A stretch of DNA of 63,881 bases, the filler included, from Octopus bimaculoides (lineage: Eukaryota), in assembly GCF_001194135.2 (NCBI RefSeq). It is 5 parts of 5 records of this genome, joined end to end, with 100 filler letters (N's around TTAATTAATTAA, not from the genome) between each part and the next. Parts side by side here need not be neighbours in the genome. Positions count along the whole stretch, not along the records: positions 1 to 31,826 come from NC_069002.1; 4 more parts are not named here. The stretch is one strand, 5' to 3'. Below, one piece after another: positions 1 through 12,485 of the stretch. The notes below the pieces were generated by a model. That model had not been told where the DNA came from. It was given only the letters and a program-made list of their open reading frames with translations, and ran no database searches. The position numbers and the translations under genes were made by a program. The first letter of the stretch is position 1. Each line of letters begins with the position of its first letter.

Positions 1-37
1 CCAAGCCACGCACATTCACACAACCAATCTTCACCAT
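1..37 (-). mobile_element. Start of L1/Tx1-like ORF2 (APE endonuclease N-terminus), running off the window
   Basis: Reverse strand from the ATG at 37 reads MVKIGCVNVRGL, matching the first APE-endonuclease motif of LINE ORF2 (hydrophobic-x-x-N-V-R-G-L). It lies just downstream of an ORF1-like region on the same strand. Confidence 0.7.
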
Positions 38-1771
38 GATTCTATTTAAATATGTGCTTTAAAGCACAAAACAAAAGGAATAGTGAGTTACTTACCGTTC
101 GAAAGTTTTGTTTCCTCCTTGGATTTTTCACCAAGGAGGCTATTGTACAATTTTTTGCACAAATATTTTTGACATCCCCCTACCGAGTTGGGGTAGAGAG
201 ATTTTATTTTGTGGTGCAATGCTGGTGATACATGGTAAATTTTAATGTTTTGGCGGTGTTGTGTGTGGGTGGTTGTTTGTTTTGATGTCGTTATTTGTGA
301 TGTTTGTTTTAGTGTTGATGTATTTCATCAACTCTGTGTTTGTAGTGTCTATTGCTGTTAGCATTGTTTTTTGCATATTACTATTGGTGTTAGGAGTATT
401 TTCGGGACATGTGAATCTCCCTGCTTTGCTTGTGTTTGCATTTTCTTTTTTGTTTTCTTCTTATTGCGCTTCCTCTTTCCTTTCGTAGCTATTTGCCACT
501 CCTCCTCACTCTCTTCATCCGATGAGAATTCTGAGGAGTCAGAAAGCGGTAACGGCAAATTTTGTGCGTCTGTGTGTGTTTCTGTGAGTGTTTGTGTTGC
601 TGTTTTTGTTGGTGTTGGCTGCTTGTTATTTGTGTGTGGTGTATGTGATATGGGGGAGGGAGAGGCAGTCTTGGAATTTTCTTTTTTTTCTCTTCTGTTT
701 TTGCAGTTTCTGTTGTCTTTTCTGTTGGGGGTATTTGGTAGTTGCTTCNNNNNNNNNNNNNNNNNNNNNNNNNNNNNNNNNNNNNNNNNNNNNNNNNNNN
801 NNNNNNNNNNNNNNNNNNNNNNNNNNNNNNNNNNNNNNNNNNNNNNNNNNNNNNNNNNNNNNNNNNNNNNNNNNNNNNNNNNNNNNNNNNNNNNNNNNNN
901 NNNNNNNNNNNNNNNNNNNNNNNNNNNNNNNNNNNNNNNNNNNNNNNNNNNNNNNNNNNNNNNNNNNNNNNNNNNNNNNNNNNNNNNNNNNNNNNNNNNN
1001 NNNNNNNNNNNNNNNNNNNNNNNNNNNNNNNNNNNNNNNNNNNNNNNNNNNNNNNNNNNNNNNNNNNNNNNNNNNNNNNNNNNNNNNNNNNNNNNNNNNN
1101 NNNNNNNNNNNNNNNNNNNNNNNNNNNNNNNNNNNNNNNNNNNNNNNNNNNNNNNNNNNNNNNNNNNNNNNNNNNNNNNNNNNNNNNNNNNNNNNNNNNN
1201 NNNNNNNNNNNNNNNNNNNNNNNNNNNNNNNNNNNNNNNNNNNNNNNNNNNNNNNNNNNNNNNNNNNNNNNNNNNNNNNNNNNNNNNNNNNNNNNNNNNN
1301 NNNNNNNNNNNNNNNNNNNNNNNNNNNNNNNNNNNNNNNNNNNNNNNNNNNNNNNNNNNNNNNNNNNNNNNNNNNNNNNNNNNNNNNNNNNNNNNNNNNN
1401 NNNNNNNNNNNNNNNNNNNNNNNNNNNNNNNNNNNNNNNNNNNNNNNNNNNNNNNNNNNNNNNNNNNNNNNNNNNNNNNNNNNNNNNNNNNNNNNNNNNN
1501 NNNNNNNNNNNNNNNNNNNNNNNNNNNNNNNNNNNNNNNNNNNNNNNNNNNNNNNNNNNNNNNNNNNNNNNNNNNNNNNNNNNNNNNNNNNNNNNNNNNN
1601 NNNNNNNNNNNNNNNNNNNNNNNNNNNNNNNNNNNNNNNNNNNNNNNNNNNNNNNNNNNNNNNNNNNNNNNNNNNNNNNNNNNNNNNNNNNNNNNNNNNN
1701 NNNNNNNNNNNNNNNNNCAGGTGGTGGTGTCGGTGCTGACGGCCGATACATTTGCGTCCTTGTTGTTGTTG

Positions 1772-1803
<32 letters not shown>

Positions 1804-2030
1804 GATGATGGCGTCAGCAGAAATGGTGTTTACGTCAGAGACATTTGTGACGGTTTTTACGCATGGTTTTGTAACCATGGTTACAGTTTTGTTTTTGTTG
1901 TTCGTGTTGGTGGTGGTGACAGTGCTGTTAACAGTATCCATGACGTTGACAGCTTTGACTTTAGAATCTGTTGCTTCATTCTTTTTTTTCGATGTCTGCT
2001 GTTGTTTTGGTGTGTGTGCGCGTGCATGAC
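38..2030 (-). mobile_element. C-terminal low-complexity part of a LINE ORF1 (probably L1/Tx1-like), degenerate and gapped
   Basis: ORF 358..1941(-) is T/N/K-rich with SDSSEFSSDEESEEEWQIATKGKRKRNKKK. A ~970-N gap lies inside. It sits directly upstream of the ORF2 start at 37. Confidence 0.5.
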
Positions 2031-2320
2031 TTATTTTTTTGTTCTCCTAGCGTCTCAAGTCTAGGAAAATGTTCGTTCATCAAAGTTTCTGTCCAGCGTT
2101 CTATGACTATGTTTCTCGACATTTTTCAATGTCGAGAAGAAAATATATAATTTTAAAAAGGTTGAAACTGCCCCTAAGGGCCAATTCCTACCTTGAAAAC
2201 ACAATAAAAAGAAAGTTATGTGCTTCACACACCTTATATACAAAAAATTCCAACAAAATGTGGGCAATAAAAGGTCAAAAAGAGGTTTACCTCTGCAGCC
2301 GATGTGACAGCACGTCCGTC

Positions 2321-2325
<5 letters not shown>

Positions 2326-2392
<67 letters not shown>
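2326..2392. repeat. (GATA)n microsatellite
   Basis: Direct tandem agat repeats. Confidence 0.95.
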
Positions 2393-3638
2393 TATATATT
2401 ATTGTAAAATGTGTCCATCCTTTTCCGACTTAAGTTGCTAGTTCAGAGCATTTGACTGCTATTTCTAAAAAAGAAATGCTGTTTTCTAGCTGTATCAGTT
2501 GAGGTTTCAGCCAAACCGACCTTTGCTATTTCATCCCGTTCGTTTCGATAAATTAATGATCAATAATTTATCGAAAATCAGTTCAATTTAAACCAGACAC
2601 CACATGTACATTTACAGAGATACTGGTCAAAGAGCATATTTAATGACGACATTATCATTATCACCATCAGTATCCTCATCACTATCATCGTCGTCATCAT
2701 CATCATCATCATCGTCATCATCGTCGTCGTCGTCATCATCATCATCGTCGTGTATACCTTCACAATTGTCACCATCGCCACCTTTCCTGTCACTGACAAC
2801 GTTAATACCATCACCAATACAGCCATCACACACATTCACCGCCATTACTTCCTACAAGCGTTCCGTCCAAAACTTCCACTGCGCCACCATCTCCACTACC
2901 ACCATCTATTCAATTTAATTAATGTTGTAACCTATAATATTGACTAATAACATCATATAAACGATGGAGAGCGGGGAGACTGTGTGGAGATGAGATGATA
3001 ACCTAACATGTAATATGTAATCAATTATTTCTATTGGACAAAAACAGTAAAATGGCTGCTGGAGGCTGTGTTGCGGTTCTCGAGGTCGGTGGCCACTATT
3101 GCTGCGTAGGGAACCGGTTAAAGTAAGTACAAATGAGGCGAGGGTAGAGGAAGTGAATACAAATACAAGAGAGGGAGATATGGAGAGGAAAGACGGAGAA
3201 TATGAAGGAATTTCTTTTTATGTTATGGGGCTAGTTTGTGGTTTTTCTGGTTCTTTTTTTTAATTTATTTTTTCTTCTTCGCTGATTTTGGGTTGATTCG
3301 TGGTTTTGGAAACTGAATTCGTTGCGAATGTAAACAAAAAAAAAATTACTGATCAATTTTTAATTAAACATCCGTAAAAATCCTAAATATTGAATTAAAG
3401 AAGACCCACAATGATCATGATGATGGCGATGATCATGATGATGGCGATGATCATGATGATCATGATCATGATAAATATCACGATGATGAAGATGATGATG
3501 ATGGCAGCCAACAGTTTTGGAGAGTAGACCCAAATAAACGCAACCTTGTTTTTGACTGGTCTTTATTTCATCGATTGCAGAAGGATCAAAAGCAAAATGA
3601 ATTATTGAACGATTATTTCAAATCAGAAAACTAAAGGG

Positions 3639-3639
3639 C

Positions 3640-3717
<78 letters not shown>

Positions 3718-3752
3718 TAATCATTATTATTGTTGTTATTGTTGTTGTTGTT
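3639..3752. repeat. (TAA)n microsatellite followed by an inverted (ATT/GTT)n tract
   Basis: Direct reading; abuts the R4/Dong-like fragment. Confidence 0.9.
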
Positions 3753-3759
3753 ACTATAA

Positions 3760-4769
3760 TAAATGCAACAACAAGGTATTAGTCATAAATTCTTTAGCAG
3801 TTCCAGCTGTTACTTATAGCTACAATGTGTTGAACTGGAATATCAGTAAAATAAAGAAAATTGGCAGGAAATTACGCAAGCCGCTGAGTTGTAATACGAT
3901 ACACCACCCAAAGGCAGACGTGGTACGTCTTTGCGTTTTCAGAGCCAAAGTAGCTCGAGGCTTGGTCTAATATGAACTCTCTTACAAAATCACAATTGGA
4001 CAATCCACATAACTTGAAACATCTAACAACTGGATGCTAAAGCTTGTTGAAAATCAAAAGAGGCGTAAGAAACTTCATTCAGTCATGAAGGAGAGCAAAA
4101 TATTGGCTACTGAGTTCGTGCATGATATCCAGGCTGAACAACATGAAAGAAGTGCGACAACTGTTGTTGCAAAGAAGGTGAAATTAATGACAAAGAAAAC
4201 AGCGCATGAACAGTTGGCTGATAGGTGGGAGCAGAAACATCTGCATGGCGATTATTTGGCCCTTACCAGACAAGCTGATGTTGACCGGAGGCTCATCCAT
4301 CAGTGGCTGTGGAGCTCAGAGTTATAGGGAGAGAATTAAAGGATTCATCTTGGTTTCTCAAAATCAAAGTGTATTGAAACGGAACTACCACACGAATATT
4401 AGGAAATGGAGTAGACCCAAAGAGCCTATTCTGTAACGATGAGGTTGAAACAATGGACCACCTAATCTCTGGATGTAAAGTTTTAGCACCAGTGAAGTGT
4501 AAACCAAGACATGACAGTGTTGGCCAATATCTCTCTACTGGTTAATATGTCGGCATTATAAAATCAAAATTGTTGACAAATGGTATAAGCACCTCCCTAA
4601 GGCTGTAACTGAGGGAGATGTAACGATTCTTTGGGACTTTCCACTAGATACAGACAGCACCAGCAAAGCGAATAACCAGTATTTTGTTGTGAAAGATCAA
4701 AACAATAAAGTTTGTTTATTGATCGACATGAGTATTGCTTGTGATCATAATATCTCGGCAAAAGAATTT
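3760..4769 (+). mobile_element. R4/Dong-like non-LTR retrotransposon 3' part (thumb, linker, CCHC knuckle, REL endonuclease), pseudogenised
   Basis: Translations across frameshifts give KVLVINSLAVPAVTYSYNVLNW, WEQKHLHGDY, ETMDHLISGCKVLAP..KPRHDSV, TILWDF and VCLLIDMSIACDHNISAKE. These are typical of REL-endonuclease clades. Confidence 0.85.
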
Positions 4770-5761
4770 AGGTCTGTTTCCAGAATACTTAAGTACTTAT
4801 ACTCTTTGTCATTAACCTGTACCATAACTTTCCCGTCTGGTAATACAATTCCTTCCATCTTATCAATTCTACCTCTCTTCAGTAGTAGCACTCCACACTT
4901 TTTTAGGCCAAATTCCATTCCTATGTCCATACTGAATATATGAACTGTCTGTACAAGAGAATCAACCGGTTCATAGGATTTCCTGCAATGTTTTTGATCA
5001 TCCACGAACAGTAGGCGGTTTGCCTTACACTCACATCCTCCCGACTCCTAACCAGCTTTTGCAAACAACAAAGACATCTCTATGATGTCCGCTCAATTCT
5101 CCAATCGTCCATACTGCTCGCCAGAAACTTCTCAAGTTAGCTGCAATCTCAGACATTTCCAAACATTCCATTATCCAACTGTGTCACCATGCCATAAGCC
5201 TTGCAGTAATCAATCCAGGCCATAGCAAGGCTTGTGTGATCCCTTTTACAATCTTTAAGAAACGCGTTATCAATCAACAATTGATCTTTAGTTGCACTGT
5301 TTCTTCTCCTAAATCCATTCTACTCTTCAGGTAGTGATATTCATAAATTGCCTCAGCAATGTTCCACAAAAGGGTGAGGCAAGAGGTAGGTCTAAAGTTG
5401 TTCACTGCATTTATTTTGCTGAATTCCTTCAAACACAAGATCATTCTCCTAAAGCTTAGCCATCCCAGCAACCTCTCTTTTGCCATTCAAAATTTTATTC
5501 AGTTGTTCAGCAATTCTTACATGAATGGTCCTCAGCTTTTTCAATTGGAATCCTTGGACTCCATCTCTACCAGGAGCCTTCTAATTTAGCATCTTTCTAC
5601 ATTGGATAGTTACCATATCAAATGTTATCTCTAATTCTTCCTGGAGATTGTCTCCAGTGTCACTTCTAATTTTGTTGGAAACCTACGTCCTGTATCACCC
5701 GTTCTTCATATCTCTTGATCTTTGCAGCTTTGACAAGTACCCTTTGGTTCAGTTCTTCAAT
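4770..5761 (-). mobile_element. R4/Dong-like reverse transcriptase fragment, degenerate
   Basis: Minus strand gives [57 protein letters not shown] and KEYKYLSILETD. Confidence 0.85.
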
Positions 5762-5763
5762 TA

Positions 5764-6663
5764 TTAGGTCGTCAAGTATGAAATTTGTAGAAAAGAGAAA
5801 AAAAGTTTGCTAATGTTTTATAAATACAATGAATAGTTTTATTCTTCAAAGTATGCATCCATATTGTCAATACACTTTTGCCATTTCAGCGGTAGCTTGT
5901 CCAGCCCGAAACTGTAAAAGCCAGGCAATCGTGAGTCACTAAAATCTTAGAAGACTTGCTTTACAGCATCGTCGGAATTAACATTTTTTTCCTATCAAAA
6001 TGTTATCCAAATTCTGGAAGAAGTAGTAGTCAGTGGGGGCAAGATCAGGTGAGTATGGAGGATGATGGAGAACTTCCAACTCCAACTCCTGTAGTTTCGC
6101 CAATGTCATTTTTGCGATGTGTGGTCTGGTGTTGTCTTGCAATAAGATAGGAATGGATCTGTTGACTAATCTAGGTTGTTTTTATTATTTTTTTTGTAAG
6201 TTTTTGCATCATTTGGTCCAGTTGGCGGCAATATACTTCGGCCGTGATTGATGAGCCAGGTTTAAACAACAAAGATAATTCACGGGCACTTTCATATGGA
6301 TCTGACTCGACGGTTGCTTTCAGTTCGTCATTCTCTACCTTTGTTTCTTGTCGACCGCGTTGCTCATTTGTGAGGTCAAAGTTACAAGAACGAAATTTTG
6401 AAAACCAATTTGATACTGTCTGCTGTGTATTACCACTAGAATGAAATACTCCATTAATATTCCGAGCTGTCTGTGATGCTGTATTTCCAAGAAAGAACTC
6501 ATATTTGAAAACTGTACAGCGCAAAATTAATTAGAATAAAGAAATAGATGTGTCAGCTTTCTAACGAAAAATAAAGACTGACAAAATATAATAATGGCAC
6601 AAAATGAGAAGCTGTCAAATTTTACCATATACCGTACGACAAATTTCATACTTGACGACCTAA
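5764..6663 (-). mobile_element. Internally deleted mariner (Tc1/mariner) DNA transposon
   Basis: Perfect 25-bp TIRs TTAGGTCGTCAAGTATGAAATTTGT (5764-5788 and 6639-6663) with TA on both sides. Transposase remnants are the HTH (ASQTARNINGVF..WFSKFRSCNFDL), LQDN.RPH and HPPYSPDLAPTDYYFF. The N-terminal part of the catalytic domain is deleted. Confidence 0.95.
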
Positions 6664-6665
6664 TA

Positions 6666-9060
6666 TTACAGTAATCTCGGCTCTCAGCGAAGGACGCGGA
6701 GTGCTGCGAAAGGCCGATAACAGTCTTTGATATACGGGAAGCAATGGCAAGCTACAAGAGGGGTAAATCGCCTGGTTTGGATGGTCTACCCTACGAGCTT
6801 TACACTTACACGCCAGACTTGTTCGACGACCTCTTAGTAAACGTTTACTGCAACTGGCAACAGAATGGGAGAATTCCCAGTTTTGTGAGTCGAGTCGTGG
6901 TGGGGTTGGTGAGAAAAGACCCGAACAAGTGGGATTGTATTGACAACTTTAGGCCCATAACTCTGCTGAATGCAAAGTTCAAAACTTTGTCCAAGGTATT
7001 AGCTAGGAGGTTGATGCTTGCCATCGATTATCTGGTAGGGGAGGCACAAGCATGTGCCGTCCCGAAAAGATCCATCCACGACAACCTCCACCTCATGCGA
7101 TAAATCACTGGAAAAAATGGCAAAAAACCTAGCCAGGGTGAGGCCCTGATCAATTTAGATCAGTCTAAAGCTTTCTATAGGATCGACCATCTATATTTGG
7201 CGGCAGTCCTCAAGGCAGCTGGTTTGGGGCCTGTTTTCAGGGGCTGGATCATTCCAATGCACAGCAACATCTGTTCAGTGGTCAGAGTTAACGCTCACCT
7301 CTCAGTACCAACAACATCGTGCGCTCGGTCCGGCAAGATTGCTCCCTCTCGTCTTCCTTGTATGTACTGACTCTTGAGCCATTACTACACAAACTGTAGG
7401 CGTTGAGAGGCGTCTTGCATGACCTAGGTTGTGAGAAATGCGTGTCGGTATACGCCCACGATGTCACCGTAGTGGTGTCAGATCATAAACACATAGAAAT
7501 TATTGGCACCGCTCTCAGGGAATACGAGGCGGTTTCAGGAGTGACGATTAACGAGAAAAAATCAATATGCTTGCGGCTCAGCACCATACCGTCCAACTGC
7601 GTCGTTGAGCGCTGGATGGACGGACCGGTCAAATTGCTCGGGATCTGGTTTGGTCCGGACCTCCTGATGGACAAAAACTGGAACAAGGTAACGAGCAGGC
7701 TGACCACTCTCACACAGAAATGGACCGAGAGAAAGCTATCCCTGGGAGGTCGGGCAGAGGTGGCTAGCGCGTATATCACGTCCATCATCTATTATCGCTT
7801 GACCGTCGTGCCTTGTCCCGGTCACATTCTGATTACGTTGGATCGTATACTATTCCGCTTCTTGTGGAAGGGACGCGTCCCGGTGGTTAGGCGGTCTATC
7901 TGCTGTCAACATCCTCTGCGTGATGGTCTGAGCATGCCGTGGTTGATGATGTGCAGACATGCGCTGAAGGTACGACATCTCCAGTGATTCCTTGACGGTG
8001 AACAGGCGTGGTCACCGTTCGCCAGACACCTATTTCCGCAGCTAGTTTCTAAAGAAATAAGTCTGCTGTCTTGGGTAAAACAGAGACCGAGCGGAGTATT
8101 TGAAAAGTGGAATGCCTTCAAGCGCTCACAGTCCTCTGCTAATCGGACACTGTGATAGGTGGAACGTCCATTTTAGCTTTATACAGAGGATTAGTGGAGG
8201 AAAAGTGCGACGACATTCTTGGGGAGACCGTGGGCGTCGAAGATCAGCTAGTCGCTCTTTTCCGGAGAACTTTCGGCTAAGGACCGATGGATAATTTCTA
8301 AAAATCTCTGACCTGGCAGTGCTACCAGGAGCTTTGCTTGTTCGAGATAAACTTTACAGGCATGAAAGTGCCGTCAGCCAAGCATGTCCTAGATGCGTGC
8401 AGGACGACGAGACGGACCTGCATGCTCTCCGTTCCAGTGCCCGAGCATTACTGATCTGTCGGTTTATGTCAAACACCTGCTGTCACGTGTGGGACGGATC
8501 CGGCTGTCAACTGAATTCATTGTGAATATCGCCTCTTCACCTTCCTTAACTTGGTGGCCATGACATAAGAGGTTGTATGGTGGTCGAGCTTGAAGGAGCT
8601 GAAGACAAACACGTTTCTCTTTGAACTTCTTCAATTTTCAATTGAAAAAGAAGATAAGGGTAGAGAGGGAAGTGTTGTCTCCTAGCTAGTATGCTGAAAG
8701 GTGGATGAAAGTGGCGAGAATGGTGCGAGTGAACGGGCCCGCCCTGATTATACACCTGTAGTTGGAAAAAAGGAAAGAAAAAAGACACCTGCCCCAAAAC
8801 TCAGAGTACCCATGGTCTTTTTATGGGTTTTTTCCATGAGTAGCCCTCGAACGTTTCCTCCTTATGGAGGATTACACGTTGTTGATTTCTTTCTTTCTTT
8901 TTCTTTTCTTTCTTTTTCTTTTCTTTGTATTTTAATTTTGTTAGTTTTGTTTACACGCAAAACCTTCACAACACACACTCACACATACACTCTTTGTTTT
9001 GTCCTGTGCTGTCCATAATGTTTTTCATAATGTAAACCCTTGTGGTTAATAAAGAAATCA
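6666..9060 (+). mobile_element. 5'-truncated L1/Tx1-like LINE ORF2 (RT plus C-terminal Cys motif) with 3' UTR, pseudogenised
   Basis: GKSPGLDGLPYELY, NFRPITLLN, DQSKAFYRIDH, YAHD (YADD equivalent, 7451-7462), KLLGIWF and CPRCVQDDETDLHAL. AATAAA at 9048-9053 is followed by an (ATA/ATT)n tail. Multiple stops and frameshifts. Confidence 0.92.
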
Positions 9061-9091
9061 TTATAATAATAATTATTATTATTATTATTAT

Positions 9092-9141
<50 letters not shown>

Positions 9142-9633
9142 ACAATCTACAAAACCTTGCACGCACAGGCTGATGTTGACATATGTTTCTTTATATTTCT
9201 ACGGAGACGGAGAAGATGGAAGATGAATACTGGTAAGTGACGCAGGCCGGGGGGGGCAGAGGGGGTTGAGTAAATAAGTTGCTGTGATCGGGTGCTTTCA
9301 TAAGTGTGTGAGGAGAGGATTTCTTAAGTAGAAGAATACGGAAAAAATATAATAAAATATTCATAACCAAAAAAGTAATGATATGAATAGAGAAAGTTAA
9401 AGGGAACTTTTTTTTTATTTCTACAAAATACAGACGGCTATCAAATTATCATTGCAACGGTTATAGAAGAATGTTTTGAAGAGTGAAAGTGTTTGATGCT
9501 AGCAACGCAAGACCAAATACTCAGAACGAGGCTCCTCAGAAACAATAAAGAACCCGGAGACATTTTGGCGGCATGTAGGATGGTTGGTGAAAGAGAAGAT
9601 ACATTTGCATGTGTAGTGTGTGAATATATAATA

Positions 9634-9838
9634 CTTCTTTCACGTGTTTCAAACATTTGACTGCGGCCATGATGGAGCACAGCCTGCGAGAATATTTTAT
9701 AAGCCTAGCACCGACCGCTTTGTTTTTTTTTACCGAATTGCCAAATTAGAGGGACGTAAACGCACCAACACCGGTTGTCAAACGTAGGAAACAAACACAA
9801 ACATACATATATATATATATATACGTGAATGTGTGCGA

Positions 9839-9883
<45 letters not shown>

Positions 9884-10021
9884 TGTGGTTATATTTATAT
9901 GCGGGCTTGTTTCAGCTTCCGTCTCCTAAATCTACCTCACAAGGTTTTGGTCGGCTCGGAGCTGTACTAGAAGACCCGTGTCCAAGGTAACATACAGTGA
10001 ACCCGAAACTGTGTGGTTGGG
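9634..10021 (-). mobile_element. SINE-AB copy (tRNA-like head/body, internal microsatellite, 3' tail), diverged
   Basis: Homologous to the copies at 14146-14574 and 42777-43160. Confidence 0.75.
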
Positions 10022-10029
10022 TCTTCATT

Positions 10030-10860
10030 TTGCCCTCAATCATCTTCTATAAGTTTTCTCAGGGGCAGCACTTTCCTCTCTGCCCTCACCTTCTACTTCA
10101 AGTGTTGTTTGGAGAAACAGACGAGGACTTGTTCTGAAAAGTAAATTTCTGTCTCTAAATATTTCAACCACGTTAACCATTCAACTCCATTTTTCACAAG
10201 TGTCACCAGACAGAGTAAAACTATTCGATCTTCTATATCAAGGGAAGTTATGGTACCATCCTCGGGATACACTTTGTTGACAGACGGATCTGTCCTACAC
10301 ATGATGACAGCTGTTCAACATAACTCACAAATCAGCCGTGTACGGACCCTGACCACGTGTGTGTCGCCACACGATTTCGACATCCAGCATCTTGGACAGG
10401 TTCGGGTGTTGGTGACGCAAATACGGTCATGTCTAAACAAGTAACACCCTCTGTAGCACCATCAAAGATTTTGTGAACTTCTCAGGAGATTACGCACAGT
10501 ACCCTTGTCAATTCCCAGACTCACTCTCAGACCATCTTCGCTCTCATTCTCCATTAATTCTTTACAGAATACAAGAATTATCTTTCGGCTGAACATATGC
10601 AGAATGTTTGGCATAGTTTCAGTTGCCAAGCTCCGACCACAGGATCGCAGCTCCATTACACAGACAAATTACTGGAAGGCGCGTTTCAAGAACTGACATC
10701 ACAACTGTTCACCATCTTCGCCGCTGATCATTCTCTACAGATGTCTGCGTCTGTTAGTTGTTACGCAACATCAGTCAGGACATCTTGCGACAACATTGTA
10801 TGGCGTGTTTTCAGCAGATACCAATCGGTCAAGAAACAAATCGAAAACTACCAGAAATCG
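10030..10860 (-). mobile_element. Second, more diverged L1/Tx1-like 3' ORF2 fragment
   Basis: Minus-strand peptides TCPRCWMSKSCGDTHVV and VEWLTWLKY...KQHLK*KVRAERKVL parallel the C-terminus encoded at 8300-8720. Confidence 0.65.
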
Positions 10861-11904
10861 AAATAAAATATATAAAGGATAAAAATCTATATTACAAAAA
10901 TACTAATAACGAAAACAAAACGAACAGTAAAAATAACAAAAACAAACACTCCAGAATTCTTTTAATGCGTATTAAACAAAATAAAGAAATAAAAAAAGAA
11001 CAGAACAAAAGAAATGTAAGAACTTTACGGAATGCTGAACAACGACGAAATATTAGAAATGGAAATCATACATATCACAACGTAAATATGGAAAGAATCA
11101 AAGAGTAAAAACTTATACAAACAGAAAGTGACCCCCAAAAGAAAACCATTTGCCGATGAAATAAAAGCAGTAGTAACGATATGTGAACTTCGACTGAATA
11201 AAATCAGGCACATACATCAATATCACCAGGTTAATGGAAATACTATCTACAAAAGACTTTGTATTTAAAAGGGAAATGGATATTAACTAAAATTTACTTA
11301 GAAGAAATAAGTCAAGGAAACAACATACGAAATAGATGTACAGAAAAATGATAGAAAATAAAAGATTTTCTCTCATTCCTTACTGAAGTCAATAATGAAA
11401 CTACGCAAAAGTAAAAAGAAGTAGGGATACAAATACCACAACAGGAACCATTCAAAGTATTCTTGAAACAAAGATTCATCTCTAGATTGCAAGGAATCAG
11501 TCGGTATGAAAAGTGGCAACGATTCTTGGCAATCGGTCTTGTTTTGATTATGTACCCGTAATTTAGTAGTTCGGCAAAGAAGAACGATGAAATGAGCAGT
11601 AAACTTTATAAAAATAATTGCTGGAGCCAAGCTTTTCAACAAAAAACCTTCAAGGCGGTGCTCCAGCATGGCCACAGTCTAATGAGTGGAACAAGTAAAA
11701 GATAAAAATTGTTTTCCAGAAGATTTTAAAATGGTTTAGACGTGTGAGGAATATAAATGTAACCAAACGCTGTGGAAGGAGGGGAAAAGTGTCTTGGAAA
11801 ATTAATTACTTGTTTATCCGAAGGATTTTTTAGAGTGTTCCTCACGCATTGATCCTGAGAATATTAATGGAGCCCCGCCATAAGGTGCTTACATTAGATA
11901 CTGG

Positions 11905-12098
11905 TTTTAGATTTTGGCACAAAGCCATCAGTTTCGAGGAAGTAAATCGATTACATCGACCCCTGTACTTAACTGGTACTTATTTTATCGACCCCGAGAG
12001 AATGAAAGGCAAAGTCGGCTTCGGCGGAATTTGAACTCGGAACGTAAAGACAGACGCAAGGCCGCTAAGCAGTAACAATTCTGCCAGCTCGTCGCCTT
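11905..12098 (-). mobile_element. SINE-C copy
   Basis: Core ...gagttcaaattccgccgaagccgactttgcctttcat...ggggtcgataaaataagtaccag... shared with many copies in the window. Confidence 0.85.
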
Positions 12099-12373
12099 TA
12101 GATATTGTTACTCCGCACGCATGGTTCCCGAAATTCTCTACAACACAACACTTTGTGTCGGATAGCTGAGATGACTACGTAGGTGGGCTCAGCAAACCAA
12201 CTTGCTTAAAAGCAGTAGTCAAAGAAGTCAGAAGTGTGGAAAATAACAAACAAAACCGTGGAGTATAACCAAAATATAAGAACTTTAGGCAATAACATTT
12301 ATGGAATAAATAGACAGTTCTTTCGGAAATGTTTAGAGTTCTTTCATTTACCTCTGAAATGTGTAGACTTCTT

Positions 12374-12485
12374 GGTACTACTTAAATACAGAGGTCCTTA
12401 AAAACTAACCCTAAATTTAATCTTAACCTTAACTAACCCTAAAACTAACCCTAACCCTACGGGACCCCTGTATTTAAGCAGTGCC
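12374..12485. mobile_element. 112-bp MITE with 24-bp TIRs, 8-bp TSD and telomere-like core (Merlin-like)
   Basis: TIRs GGTACTACTTAAATACAGAGGTCC (12374-12397) and revcomp GGCACTGCTTAAATACAGGGGTCC (12462-12485) match 21/24. GACTTCTT occurs at 12366-12373 and 12486-12493. The interior is (C/A)TAACCCTAA-type repeats. Confidence 0.85.

Noticed and set aside
10860-11400. A-rich plus-strand ORF 10758..11108 as a gene
   Set aside because: Compositionally biased and interrupted by stops; at most an unassignable LINE remnant.
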